Assembly (NCBI RefSeq): GCF_009914755.1
Contig: NC_060925.1
DNA from: the human T2T-CHM13v2.0 reference genome, Homo sapiens
Direction: 5' to 3' (one strand)
DNA length: 64,000 nucleotides
The position numbers and the translations under genes are program-made. The notes beneath the pieces are model-generated. The model did no database searches, was not told where the DNA came from, and saw only the letters and a program-made list of their open reading frames with translations. Shown here one piece after another: positions 42,301 through 58,619 of this stretch (position 1 is its first letter; each line of letters begins with the position of its first letter).

Positions 42301-45300
42301 CGAATGGAACAATCATCGAATGGACTCAAATGGAATTATCCTCAAATGGAATCGAATGGAATTATCGAATGCAATCGAATGGAATTATCGAATGCAATCG
42401 AATAGAATCATCGAAAGGACTCGAATGGAATCATCGAATGGAATGGAATGGAACAGTCAATGAACTCGAATGGAATCATCATTGAATGGAATCGAATGGA
42501 ATCATCGAATGGAATGGAATGGAACTGTCAATGAACTCGAATTGAATCATCATTGAATGGAATCGAATGGAATCATCGAGTGGAATCGAATGGAATTATG
42601 ATCAAATGGAATCGAATGTAATCATCATCAAATGGAATCAAAAATAACCATCATCAATTGGTATTGAATGGAATTCTCATCAAATGGAATTCAAAGGAAT
42701 CATCATCAAATGTAACCGAATGGAATCCTCATTGAATGGAAATGAAAGGGGTCATCATCTAATGGAATCGCATGGAATCATCATCAAATGGAATCGAATG
42801 GAATCAACATCAAATGGAATCAAATGGAATCATTGAACGGAATTGAATGGAATCGTCATCGAATGAATTGAATGCAATCATCGAATGGTTTGAATGGAAT
42901 GATCTTCAAATGGAATGGAATGGAATCATCGCATAGAATCGAATGGAATTATCATCGAATGGAATCGAATGGAATCAACATCAAACGGAAAAAAACGGAA
43001 TTATCGAATGGAATCGAAGAGAATCATTGAATGGACCCGAATGGAATCATCTAATGGAATGGAATGGAATAATCCATGGACTCGAATGCAATCATCATCG
43101 AATGGAATCGAATGGAATCATCGAATGGACTCGAATGGAATAATCATTGAACGGAATCGAATGGAATCATCATCGGATGGAAACGAATGGAATCATCATC
43201 GAATGGAATCGAATAGATTTATGGAATGAAATCCAGTGTGATCATCATCGAATGGACCCGAATGGAATCATCATCCAACGGAAGCTAATGGAATCAACAT
43301 CGAATGAATCAAATGGAAACACCATCGAATTGAAACGAATGGAATTACCATGAAATTGAAATGGATGGACTCATCATCAAATGGATTCGAATGGAATCAT
43401 CGAATAAAATTGATTGAAATCATCATCGAATGGAATCGAATGGTATCATTGAATGGAATCGAATGGAATCATCATCAGATGGAAATGAATGGAATCGTCA
43501 TAGAATGGAATCGAATGGATTCATTGAATGGAATCAGATGGAATCATTGAATGGACTGGAATGGAATCATTGAATGGACTCGAAAGGGATCATCATTGAA
43601 TGGAATTGAATGGAATCATCGAATGGTCTCGATTGGAATCATTATCAAATGGAATCGAATGGAATCACCGAATAGAATCGAATGGAACAATCATCGAATG
43701 GACTCAAATGGAATTATCCTCAAATGGAATCGAATGGAATTATCGAATGCAATCGAATGGAATTATCGAATGCAATCGAATAGAATCATCGAATGGACTC
43801 GAATGGAATCATCGAATGGAATGGAATGGAACAGTCAATGAACTCGAATGGAATCATCATTGAATGGAATCGAATGGAATCATCGAGTGGAATCGAATGG
43901 AATTATGATCAAATGGAATCGAATGTAATCATCATCAAATGGAATCAAAAATAACCATCATCAATTGGTATTGAATGGAATTGTCATCAAATGGAATTCA
44001 AAGGAATCATCATCAAATGGAACCGAATGGAATCCTCATTGAATGGAAATGAAAGGAGTCATCATCTAATGGAATCGCATGGAATCATCATCAAATGGAA
44101 TCGAATGGAATCATCATCAAATGGAATCTAATGGAATCATTGAACAGAATTGAATGGAATCGTCATGGAATGAATTGAATGCAATCATCGAATGGTCTCG
44201 AATGGAATCATCTTCTAATGGAAAGGAATGGAATCATCGCATAGAATCGAATGGAATTATCATCGAATGGAATCGAATGGTATCAACACCAAACGGAAAA
44301 AAACGGAATTATCGAATGGAATCGAAGAGAATCTTCGAACGGACCCGAATGGAATCATCTAATGGAATGGAATGGAATAATCCATGGACTCGAATGCAAT
44401 CATCATCGAATGGAATCGAATGGAATCATCGAATGGACTCGAATGGAATAATCATTGAACGGAAGCGAATGGAATCATCATCAGATGGAAACGAATGGAA
44501 TCATCATCGAATGGAAATGAAAGGAGTCATCATCTAATGGAATTGCATGGAATCATCATAAAATGGAATCGAATGGAATCAACATCAAATGGAATCAAAT
44601 GGAATAATTGAACGGAATTGAATGGAATCGTCATCGAATGAATTGACATCAATCATCGAATGGTCTCGAATGGAATCATCTTCAAATGGAATGGAATGGA
44701 ATCATCGCATAGAATCGAATGGAATTATCATCGAATGGAATCGAATGGAATCAACATCAAACGGAAAAAAACGGAATTATCGTATGGAATCGAAGAGAAT
44801 CATCGAATGGACCCGAATGGAATCATCTAATGGAATGGAATGGAATAATCCATGGACTCGAATGCAATCATCATCGAATGGAATCGAATGGAATCATCGA
44901 ATGGACTCGAATGGAATAATCATTGAACGGAATCGAATGGAATCATCATGGGATGGAAATGAATGGAATCATCATCGAATGGAATCGAATAGAATTATGG
45001 AATGAAATCCAGTGTGATCATCATCGAATGGACCCGAATGGAATCATCATCCAACGGAAGCTAATGGAATCAACATCGAATGAATCGAATGGAAACACCA
45101 TCGAATTGAAACGAATGGAATTATCATGAAATTGAAATGGATGGACTCATCATCGAATGGATTCGAATGGAATCATCGAATAAAATTGATTGAAATCATC
45201 ATCCAATGGAATCGAATGGTATCATTGAATGGAATCGAATGGAATCATCATCAGATGGAAATGAATGGAATCGTCATAGAATGGAATCGAATGGATTCAT

Positions 45301-45828
45301 TGAATGGAATCAGATGGAATCATCGAATGGACTGGAATGGAATCATTGAATGGACTCGAAAGGGATCATTATTGAATGGAATTGAATGGAATCATCGAAT
45401 GGTCTCGATTGGAATCATTATCAAATGGAATCGAATGGAATCACCGAATAGAATCGAATGGAACAATCATCGAATGGACTCAAATGGAATTATCCTCAAA
45501 TGGAATCGAATGGAATTATCGAATGCAATCGAATGGAATTATCGAATGCAATCGAATAGAATCATCGAAAGGACTCGAATGGAATCATCGAATGGAATGG
45601 AATGGAACAGTCAATGAACTCGAATGGAATCATCATTGAATGGAATCGAATGGAATCATCGAATGGAATGGAATGGAACTGTCAATGAACTCGAATTGAA
45701 TCATCATTGAATGGAATCGAATGGAATCATCGAGTGGAATCGAATGGAATTATGATCAAATGGAATCGAATGTAATCATCATCAAATGGAATCAAAAATA
45801 ACCATCATCAATTGGTATTGAATGGAAT
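39390..45828 (+). repeat. Near-perfect head-to-tail tandem duplication, period 3,154 bp
   Basis: Offset 3154 for 39761/42915, 40196/43350, 41000/44154, 41972/45126. Shared private variants: TGTAACCG, GGTTTGAATGGAATGATC, AGATTTATGG, GTCATGGAATG, GGAAGCGAATG, GACATCAATC, ATCGTATGG and a 71-bp internal duplication. Confidence 0.93.
42437..42578 (+). repeat. 71-bp tandem duplication inside the core (also at ~45591-45732)
   Basis: The segment containing GGAACAGTCAATGAACTCGAATGG is followed 71 bp later by GGAACTGTCAATGAACTCGAATTG. Unit lengths are 1378=1307+71 and 1847=1776+71. Confidence 0.9.
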
Positions 45829-48800
45829 TGTCATCAAATGGAATTCAAAGGAATCATCATCAAATGGAACCGAATGGAATCCTCATTGAATGGAAATGAA
45901 AGGGGTCATCATCTAATGGAATCGCATGGAATCATCATCAAATGGAATCGAATGGAATCATCATCAAATGGAATCTAATGGAATCATTGAACAGAATTGA
46001 ATGGAATCGTCATCGAATGAATTGAATGCAATCATCGAATGGTCTCGAATGGAATCATCTTCTAATGGAAAGGAATGGAATCATCGCATAGAATCGAATG
46101 GAATTAACATTGAATGGACTCGAATGGAATCAACATCAAATGGAATCAAGCGGAATTATCGAATGAAATCGAAGAGAATCATCGAATGGACTCGAATGGA
46201 ATCATCTAATGGAATGGAATGGAATAATCCACGGACTCGAATGCAATTATCATCGTATAGAATCGAATGGAATCATCGAATGGACTCGAATGGAATAACC
46301 ATTGAACGGAATCGAATGGAATCATCATCGGATGGAAACGAATGGAATCATCATCGAATGGAAATGAAAGGAGTCATCATCTAATGGAATTGCATGGAAT
46401 CATCATAAAATGGAATCGAATGGAATCATCATCGAATGGAATCAAATGGAAGCATTGAACGGAATTGAATGGAATCGTCATCGAATGAATTGAATGCAAT
46501 CATCGAATGGTCTCGAATGGAATCATCTTCAAATGGAATGGAATGGAATCATCGCATAGAATCGAATGGAATTATCATCGAATGGAATCGAATGGTATCA
46601 ACATCAAACGGAGAAAAACGGAATTACCGAATGGAATCGAAGAGAATCTTCGAACGGACCCGAATGGAATCATCTAATGGAATGGAATGGAATAATCCAT
46701 GGACTCGAATGCAATCATCATCGAATGGAATCGAATGGATTCATTGAATGGACTCGAATGGAATAATCATTGAACGGAATCGAATGGAATCATCATCGGA
46801 TGGAAATGAATGGAATCATCATCGAATGGAATCGAATGGAATTATGGAATGAAATCCAGTGTGATCATCATCGAATGGACCCGAATGGAATCATCATCCA
46901 ACGGAAGCTAATGGAATCAACATCGAATGAATCGAATGGAAACACCATCGAATTGAAACGAATGGAATTATCATGAAATTGAAATGGATGGACTCATCAT
47001 CGAATGGATTCGAATGGAATCATCGAATAAAATTGATTGAAATTATCATCAAATGGAATCGAATGGTATCATTGAATGGAATCGAATGGAATCATCATCA
47101 GATGGAAATGAATGGAATCGTCATAGAATGGAATCGAATGGATTCATTGAATGGAATCAGATGGAATCATCGAATGGACTGGAATGGAATCATTGAATGG
47201 ACTCGAAAGGGATCATTATTGAATGGAATTGAATGGAATCATCGAATGGTCTCGATTGGAATCATTATCAAATGGAATCGAATGGAATCACCGAATAGAA
47301 TCGAATGGAACAATCATCAAATGGACTCAAATGGAATTATCCTCAAATGGAATCGAATGGAATTATCGAATGCAATCGAATGGAATTCTCGAATGCAATC
47401 GAATAGAATCATCGAATGGACTCGAATGGAATCATCGAATGGAATGGAATGGAACAGTCAGTGAACTCGAATGGAATCATCATTGAATGGAATCGAATGG
47501 AATCATCGAGTGGAATCGAATGGAATTATGATCAAATGGAATCGAATGTAATCATCATCAAATGGAATCAAAAATAACCATCATCAATTGGTATTGAATG
47601 GAATTGTCATCAAATGGAATTCAAAGGAATCATCATCAAATGGAACCGAATGGAATCCTCATTGAATGGAAATGAAAGGGGTCATCATCTAATGGAATCG
47701 CATGGAATCATCATCAAATGGAATCGAATGGAATCATCATCAAATGGAATCTAATGGAATCATTGAACAGAATTGAATGGAATCGTCATCGAATGAATTG
47801 AATGCAATCATCGAATGGTCTCGAATGGAATCATCTTCTAATGGAAAGGAATGGAATCATCGCATAGAATCGAATGGAATTATCATCGAATGGAATCGAA
47901 TGGTATCAACACCAAACGGAAAAAAACGGAATTATCAAATGGAATCGAAGAGAATCTTCGAACGGACCCGAATGGAATCATCTAATGGAATGGAATGGAA
48001 TAATCCATGGACTCGAATGCAATTATCATCGTATAGAATCGAATGGAATCATCGAATGGACTCGAATGGAATAACCATTGAACGGAATCGAATGGAATCA
48101 TCATCGGATGGAAACGAATGGAATCATCATCGAATGGAAATGAAAGGAGTCATCATCTAATGGAATTGCATGGAATCATCATAAAATGGAATCGAATGGA
48201 ATCATCATCAAATGGAATCAAATGGAATCATTGAACGGAATTGAATGGAATCGTCATCGAATGAATTGACTGCAATCATCGAATGGTCTCAAATGGAATC
48301 ATCTTCAAATGGAATGGAATGGAATCATCGCATAGAATCGAATGGAATTATCATCGAATGGATTCGAATGGAATCAACATCAAACGGAAAAAAACGGAAT
48401 TATCGAATGGAATCGAAGAGAATCATCGAATGGAGCCGAATGGAATCAACTAATGGAATGGAATGGAATAATCCATGGACTCGAATGCAATCATCATCGA
48501 ATGGAATCGAATGGAATCATCGAATGGACTCGAATGGAATAATCATTGAACGGAATCGAATGGAATCATCATCGGATGGAAATGAATGGAATCATCATCG
48601 AATGGAATCGAATAGAATTATGGAATGAAATCCAGTGTGATCATCATCGAATGGACCCGAATGGAATCATCATCCAACGGAAGCTAATGGAATCAACATC
48701 GAATGAATCAAATGGAAACACCACCGAATTGAAACGAATGGAATTACCATGAAATTGAAATGGATGGACTCATCATCAAATGGATTCGAGTGGAATCATC

Positions 48801-51800
48801 GAATAAAATTGATTGAAATCATCATCGAATGGAATCGAATGGTATCATTGAATGGAATCGAATGGAATCATCATCAGATGGAAATGAAAGGAATCGTCAT
48901 AGAATGGAATCGAATGGATTCATTGAATGGAATCAGATGGAATCATTGAATGGACTGGAATGGAATCATTGAATGGACTCGAAAGGGATCATTATTGAAT
49001 GGAATTGAATGGAATCATCGAATGGTCTCGATTGGAATCATTATCAAATGGAATCGAATGGAATCACCGAATAGAATCGAATGGAACAATCATCGAATGG
49101 ACTCAAATGGAATTATCCTCAAATGGAATTGAATGGAATTATCGAATGCAATCGAATGGAATTATCGAATGCAATCGAATAGAATCATCGAATGGACTCG
49201 AATGGAATCATCGAATGGAATGGAATGGAACAGTCAATGAACTCGAATGGAATCATCATTGAATGGAATCGAATGGAATCATCGAGTGGAATCGAAAGGA
49301 ATTATGACCAAATGGAATCGAATGTAATCATCATCAAATGGAATCAAAAATAACCATCATCAATTGGTATTGAATGGAATTGTCATCAAATGGAATTCAA
49401 AGGAATCATCATCAAATGGAACCGAATGGAATCCTCATTGAATGGAAATGAAAGGGGTCATCATGTAATGGAATCGCATGGAATCATCATCAAATGGAAT
49501 CGAATGGAATCATCATCAAATGGAATCTAATGGAATCATTGAAAAGAATTGAATGGAATCGTCATCGAATGAATTGAATGCAATCATCGTATGGTCTCGA
49601 ATGGAATCATCTTCTAATGGAAAGGAATGGAATCATCGCATAGAATCGAATGGAATTATCATCGAATGGAATCGAATGGTATCAACACCAAACGGAAAAA
49701 AACGGAATTATCGAATGGAATCGAAGAGAATCTTCGAACGGACCCGAATGGAATCATCTAATGGAATGGAATGGAATAATCCATGGACTCGAATGCAATC
49801 ATCATCGAATGGAATCGAATGGAATCATCGAATGGACTCGAATGGAATAATCATTGAACGGAATCGAATGGAATAATCATAGGATGGAAACGAATGGAAT
49901 CATCATCGAATGGAAATGAAAGGAGTCATCATCTAATGGAATTGCATGGAATCATCATAAAATGGAATCGAATGGAATCAACATCAAATGGAATCAAATG
50001 GAATCATTGAACGGAATTGAATGGAATCGTCATCGAATGAATTGAATGCAGTCATCGAATGGTCTCGAATGGAATCATCTTCAAATGGAATGGAATGGAA
50101 TCATCGCACAGAATCGAATGGAATTATCATCGAATGGAATCGAATGGAATCAACATCAAACGGAAAAAAACGGAATTATCGAATGGAATCGAAGAGAATC
50201 ATCGAATGGACCCGAATGGAATCATCTAATGGAATGGAATTGAATAATCCATGGACTCGAATGCAATCATCATCGAATGGAATCGAATGGAATCATCGAA
50301 TGGACTCGAATGGAATAATCATTGAACGGAATCGAATGGAATCATCATCGGATGGAAATGAAAGGAGTCATCATCTAATGGAATTGCATGGAATCATCAT
50401 AAAATGGAATCGAATGGAATCAACATCAAATGGAATCAAATGGAATCATTGAACGGAATTGAATGGAATCGTCATCGAATGAATTGAATGCAATCATCGA
50501 ATGGTCTCGAATGGAATCAACTTCAAATGGAATGGAATGGAATCATCGCATAGAATCGAATGGAATTATCATCGAATGGAATCGAATGGAATCAACATCA
50601 AACGGAAAAAAACGGAATTATCGAATGGAATCGAAGAGAATCATCGAATGGACCCGAATGGAATCATCTAATGGAATGGAATGGAATAATCCATGGACTC
50701 GAATGCAATCATCATCGAATGGAATCGAATGGAATCATCGAATGGACTCGAATGGAATAATCATTGAATGGAATCGAATGGAATCGTCATCGGATGGAAA
50801 TGAATGGAATCATCATCGAATGGAATCGAATAGAATTATGGAATGAAATCCAGTGTGATCATCATCGAATGGACCCGAATGGAATCATCATCCAACGGAA
50901 GCTAATGGAATCAACATCGAATGAATCGAATGGAAACACCATCGAATTGAAACGAATGGAATTACCATGAAATTGAAATGGATTGACTCATCATCGAATG
51001 GATTCGAATGGAATCATCGAATAAAATTGATTGAAATCATCATCGAATGGTATCGAATGGTATCATTGAATGGAATCGAATGGAATCATCATCAGATGGA
51101 AATGAATGGAATCGTCATAGAATGGAATCAAATGGATTCATTGAATGGAATCAGATGGAATCATCGAATGGACTGGAATGGAATCATTGAATGGACTCGA
51201 AAGGGATCATTATTGAATGGAATTGAATGGAATCATCGAATGGTCTCGATTGGAATCATTATCAAATGGAATCGAATGGAATCACCGAATAGAATCGAAT
51301 GGAACAATCATCGAATGGACTCAAATGGAATTATCCTCAAATGGAATCGAATGGAATTATCGAATGCAATCGAATGGAATTATCGAATGCAATCGAATAG
51401 AATCATCGAATGGACTCGAATGGAATCATCGAATGGAATGGAATGGAACAGTCAATGAACTCGAATGGAATCATCATTGAATGGAATCGAATGGAATCAT
51501 CGAGTGGAACCGAATGGAATTATGATCAAATGGAATCGAATGTAATCATCATCAAATGGAATCAAAAATAACCATCATCAATTGGTATTGAATGGAATTG
51601 TCATCAAATGGAATTCAAAGGAATCATCATCAAATGGAACCGAATGGAATCCTCATTGAATGGAAATGAAAGGGGTCATCATCTAATGGAATCGCATGGA
51701 ATCATCATCAAATGGAATCGAATGGAATCATCATCAAATGGAATCTAATGGAATCATTGAACAGAATTGAATGGAATCGTCATCGAATGAATTGAATGCA

Positions 51801-54800
51801 ATCATCGAATGGTCTCGAATGGAATCATCTTCTAATGGAAAGGAATGGAATCATCGCATAGAATCGAATGGAATTATCATCGAATGGAATCGAATGGTAT
51901 CAACACCAAACGGAAAAAAACGGAATTATCGAATGGAATCGAAGAGAATCTTCGAACGGACCCGAATGGAATCATCTAATGGAATGGAATGGAATAATCC
52001 ATGGACTCGAATGCAATCATCATCGAATGGAATCAAATGGAATCATCGAATGGACTCGAATGGAATAATCATTGAACGGAATCGAATGGAATCATCATCG
52101 GATGGAAACGAATGGAATCATCATCGAATGGAAATGAAAGGAGTCATCATCTAATGGAATTGCATGGAATCATCATAAAATGGAATCGAATGGAATCAAC
52201 ATCAAATGGAATCAAATGGAATCATTGAACGGAATTGAATGGAATCGTCATCGAATGAATTGAATGCAATCATCGAATGGTCTCGAATGGAATAATCTTC
52301 AAATGGAATGGAATGGAATCATCGCATAGAATCGAATGGAATTATCATCGAATGGAATCGAATGGAATCAACATCAAACGGAAAAAAACGGAATTATCGA
52401 ATGGAATCGAAGAGAATCATCGAATGGACCCGAATGGAATCATCTAATGGAATGGAATGGAATAATCCATGGACACGAATGCAATCATCATCGAATGGAA
52501 TCGAATGGAATCATCGAATGGACTCGAATGGAATAATCATTGAACGGAATCGAATGGAATCATCATCGGATGGAAATGAATGGAATCATCATCGAATGGA
52601 ATCGAATAGAATTATGGAATGAAATCCAGTGTGATCATCATCGAATGGACCCGAATGGAATCATCATCCAACAGAAGCTAATGGAATCAACATCGAATGA
52701 ATCGAATGGAAACACCATCGAATTCAAAGGAATGGAATTACCATGAAATTGAAATGGATGGACTCATCATCGAATGGATTCGGATGGAATCATCGAATAA
52801 AATTGATTGAAATCATCATCGAATGAAATCGAATGGTATCATTGAATGGAATCGAATGGAATCATCATCAGATGGAAATGAATGGAATCGTCATAGAATG
52901 GAATCGAATGGATTCATTGAATGGAATCAGATGGAATCATCGAATGGACTGGAATGGAATCATTGAATGGACTCGAAAGGGATCATGATTGAATGGAATT
53001 GAATGGAATCATCGAATGGTCTCGATTGGAATCATTATCAAATGGAATCGAATGGAATCACCGAATAGAATCGAATGGAACAATCATCGAATGGACTCAA
53101 ATGGAATTATCCTTAAATGGAATCGAATGGAATTATCGAATGCAATCGAATAGAATCATCGAATGGACTCGAATGGAATCATCGAACGGAATGGAATGGA
53201 ACAGTCAATGAACTCGAATGGAATCATCATTGAATGGAATCGAATGGAATCATCGAGTGGAATCGAATGGAATTATGATCAAATGGAATCGAATGTAATC
53301 ATCATCAAATGGAATCAAAAATAACCATCATCAATTGGTATTGAATGGAATTGTCATCAAATGGAATTCAAAGGAATCATCATCAAATGGAACCGAATGG
53401 AATCCTCATTGAATGGAAATGAAAGGGGTCATCATCTAATGGAATCGCATGGAATCATCATCAAATGGAATCGAATGGAATCATCATCAAATGGAATCTA
53501 ATGGAATCATTGAACAGAATTGAATGGAATCGTCATCGAATGAATTGAATGCAATCATCGAATGGTCTCGAATGGAATCATCTTCTAATGGAAAGGAATG
53601 GAATCATCGCATAGAATCGAATGGAATTATCATCGAATGGAATCGAATGGTATCAACACCAAACGGAAAAAAACGGAATTATCGAATGGAATCGAAGAGA
53701 ATCTTCGAACGGACCCGAATGGAATCATCTAATGGAATGGAATGGAATAATCCATGGACTCGAATGCAATCATCATCGAATGGAATCGAATGGAATCATC
53801 GAATGGACTCGAATGGAATAATCATTGAACGGAATCGAATGGAATCATCATCGGATGGAAACGAATGGAATCATCATCGAATGGAAATGAAAGGAGTCAT
53901 CATCTAATGGAATTGCATGGAATCATCATAAAATGGAATCGAATGGAATCAACATCAAATGGAATCAAATGGAATCATTGAACGGAATTGAATGGAATCG
54001 TCATCGAATGAATTGACTGCAATCATCGAATGGTCTCGAATGTAATCAGATTCTAATGGAAAGGAATGGAATCATCGCATAGAATCGAATGGAATTAACA
54101 TTGAATGGACTCGAATGGAATCAACATCAAACGGAATCAAGCGGAATTATCGAATGGAATCGAAGAGAATCATCGAATGGTCTCGAATGGAATCATATTC
54201 TAATGGAAAGGAATGGAATCATCGCATAGAATCGAATGGAATTAACATTGAATGGACTCGAATGGAATCAACATCAAATGGAATCAAGCGGAATTATCGA
54301 ATGAAATCGAAGAGAATCATGGAATGGACTCGAATGGAATCATCTAATGGAATGGAATGGAATAATCCACGGACTCGAATGCAATCATCATCGTATAGAA
54401 TCGAATGGAATCATCGAATGGACTCGAATGGAATAATCATTGAACGGAATCGAATGGAATCATCATCGGATGGAAACGAATGGAATCATCATCGAATGGA
54501 AATGAAAGGAGTCATCATCTAATGGAATTGCATGGAATCATCATAAAATGGAATCGAATGGAATCAACATCAAATGGAATCAAATGGAATCATTGCACGG
54601 AATTGAATGGAATCGTCATCGAATGAATTGAATGCAATCATCGAATGGTCTCGAATGGAATCATCTTCAAATGGAATGGAATGGAATCATCGCATAGAAT
54701 CGAATGGAATTATCATCGAATGGAATCGAATGGAATCAACATCAAACGGAAAAATCGGAATTATCGTATGGAATCGAAGAGAATCATCGAATGGACCCGA

Positions 54801-57800
54801 ATGGAATCATCTAATGGAGTGGAATGGAATAATCCACGGACTCGAATGCAATCATCATCGAATGGAATCGAATGGAATCATCGAATGGACTCGAATGGAA
54901 TAATCATCGAACGGAATCGAATGGCGTCATCATCGGATGGAAATGAATGGAATCATCATCGAATGGAATCGAATAGAATTATGGAATGAAATCCAGTGTG
55001 ATCATCATCGAATGGACCCGAATGGAATCATCATCCAACGGAAGCTAATGGAATCAACATCGAATGAATCGAATGGAAACACCATCGAATTGAAACGAAT
55101 GGAATTATCATGAAATTGAAATGGATGGACTCATCATCGAATGGATTCGAATGGAATCATCGAATAAAATTGATTGAAATCATCAACAAATGGAATCGAA
55201 TGGTATCATTGAATGGAATCGAATGGAATCATCATCAGATAGAAATGAATGGAATCGTCATAGAATGGAATCGAATGGTTTCATTGAATGGAATCAGATG
55301 GAATCATCGAATGGACTGGAATGGAATCATTGAATGGACTCGAAAGGATTCATTATTGAATGGAATTGAATGGAATCATCGAATAGTCTCGATTCGAATC
55401 ATTATCAAATGGAATCGAATGGAATCACCGAATAGAATCGCATGGAACAATCATCGAATGGACTCAAATGGAATTATCCTCAAATGGAATCGAATGGAAA
55501 TATCGAATGCAATCGAATGGAATTATCGAATGCAATCGAATAGAATCATCGAATGGACTCGAATGGAATCATCGAATGGAATGGAATGGAATGGAACAGT
55601 CAATGAACTCGAATGGAATCATCATTGAATGGAATCGAATGGAATCATCGAGTGGAATCGAATGGAATTATGATCAAATGGAATCGAATGTAATCATCAT
55701 CAAATGGAATCAAAAATAACCATCATCAATTGGTATTGAATGGAATTGTCATCAAATGGAATTCAAAGGAATCATCATCAAATGGAACCGAATGGAATCC
55801 TCATTGAATGGAAATGAAAGGGGTCATCATCTAATGGAATCGCATGGAATCATCATCAAATGGAATCGAATGGAATCATCATCAAATGGAATCTAATGGA
55901 ATCATTGAACAGAATTGAATGGAATCGTCATCGAATGAATTGAATGCAATCATCGAATGGTCTCGAATGGAATCATCTTCTAATGGAAAGGAATGGAATC
56001 ACCGCATAGAATCGAATGGAATTAACATAGAATGGACTCGAATGGAATCCACATCAAACGGAATCAAGCGGAATTATCGAATGGAATCGAAGAGAATCAT
56101 CGAATGGACTCGAATGGAATCATCTAATGGAATGGAATGGAATAATCCACGGACTCGAATGCAATCATCATCGTATAGAATCGAATGGAATCATTGAATG
56201 GACTCGAATGGAATAATCATTGAACGGAATCAAATGGAATCATCATCGGATGGAAACGAATGGAATCATCATCGAATGGAAAAGAAAAGAGTCATCATCT
56301 AATGGAATTGCATGGAATCATCATAAAATGGAATCGAATGGAATCAACATCAAATGGAATCAAATGGAATCATTGAACGGAATTGAATGGAATCGTCATC
56401 GAATGAATTGAATGCAATCATCGAATGGTCTCGAATGGAATCATCTTCTAATGGAAAGCAATGGAATCATCGCATAGAATCGAATGGAATTAAAATTGAA
56501 TGGACTCGAATGGAATCAACATCAAACGGAAAAAAAGGGAATTATCGAATGGAATCGAAGAGAATCATCGAATGGACCCGAATGGAATCATCTAATGGAA
56601 TGGAATGGAATAATCCATGGACTCGAATGCAATCATCATCGAATGGAATCGAATGGAATCATCGAATGGACTCGAATGGAATAATCATTGAACGGAATCG
56701 AATGGAATCATCATCGGATGGAAACGAATGGAATCATCATCGAATGGAAATGAAAGGAGTCATGTAATGGAATTACATGGAATCATCATAAAATGGAATT
56801 GAATGGAATCAACATCAAATGGAATCCAATGGAATCATTGAACGGAATTGAATGAATCGTCTTCGAATCAATTGAATGCAATCATCGAATGGTCTCGAAT
56901 GGAATCATGTTCAAATGGAATGGAATGGAATCATCGCATAGAATCGAATGTAATTATCATCGAATGGAATCGAATGAAATCAACAACAAACGGAAAAAAA
57001 AAGGAATTATCGAATGGAATCAAAGAGAATCATCGAATGGACCCGAATGGAATCATCTAATGGAATGGAATGGAATAATCCATGGACTCGAATGCAATCA
57101 TCATCGAATGGAATCGAATGGAATCATCGAATGGACTCGAATGGAATAATCATAGAACGGAATCGAATGGAATCATCATCGGATGGAAATTAATGGAATC
57201 ATCATCGAATGGAATCGAATAGAATTATGGAATGAAATCCAGTGTGATCATCATCGAATGCACCCGAATGGAATCATCATCCAACGGAATCTAATGGAAA
57301 CAACATCGAATGAATCGAATGGAAACACCATCGAATTGAAACGAGTGGAATTATCATGAAATTGAAATGGATGGACTCATCATCGAATGGATTCGAATGG
57401 AATCATCGAATAAAATTGATTGAAATCATCATCAAATGGAATCGAATGGTATCATTGAATGGAATCGAATGGAATCATCATCAGATGGAAATGAATGGAA
57501 TCGTCATAGAATGGAATCGAATGGATTCATTGAATGGAATCAGATGGAATCATCGAATGGACTGGAATGGAATCATTGAATGGACTCGAGAGGGATCATT
57601 ATTGAATGGAATTGAATGGAATCATGGAATGGTCTCGATTGGAATCATTATCAAATGGAATCGAATGGAATCACCGAACAGAATCGAATGGAACCATCAT
57701 CGAATGGACTCCAATGGAATTATCCTCAAATGGAATCGAATGGAATTATCGAATGCAATCGAATGGAATTATCGAATGCAATCGAATAGAATCATCGAAT

Positions 57801-58619
57801 GGACTCGAATGGAATCATCGAATGGAATGGAATGGAACAGTCAATGAACTCGAATGGAATCATCATTGAATGGAATCGAATGGAATCATCGAGTGGAATC
57901 GAATGGAATTATGATCAAATGGAATCGAATGTAATCATCATCAAATGGAATCAAAGATAACCATCATCAATTGGTATTGAATGGAATTGTCATCAAATGG
58001 AATTCAAAGGAATCTTCACCAAATGGAGCCGAAAGGAATCCTCATTGAATGGAAATGAAAGGGGTCATCATCTAATGGAATCGCATGCAATCATCATCAA
58101 ATGGAATCGAATGGAATCATCATCAGATGGAATCTAATGGAATCATTGAACAGAATTGAATGGAATCGTCATCGAATGAATTGAATGCAATCATCGAATG
58201 GTCTCGAATGGAATCATCTTCAAATGGAATGGAATGGAATCATCGCATAGAATCGAATGGAATTATCATCGAATGGAATCGAATGGAATCAACATCAAAC
58301 GGAAAAAAACGGAATTATCGAATGGAATCGAAGAGAATCATAGAATGGTCCCGAATGGAATCGTCTAATGGAATGGAATGGAATAATCCATGGACTCGAA
58401 TGCAATCATCATCGAATGGAATCGAATGGAATCATCGAATGGACTCGAATGGAATAATCATTGAACGGAATCGAATGGAATCATCATCGGATGGAAATGA
58501 ATGGAATCATTATCGAATGGAATCGAATAGAATTATGGAATGAAATCCAGTGTCATCATCATCGAATGGACCTGAATGGAATCATCATCCAACGGAAGCT
58601 AATGGAATCAACATCGAAT

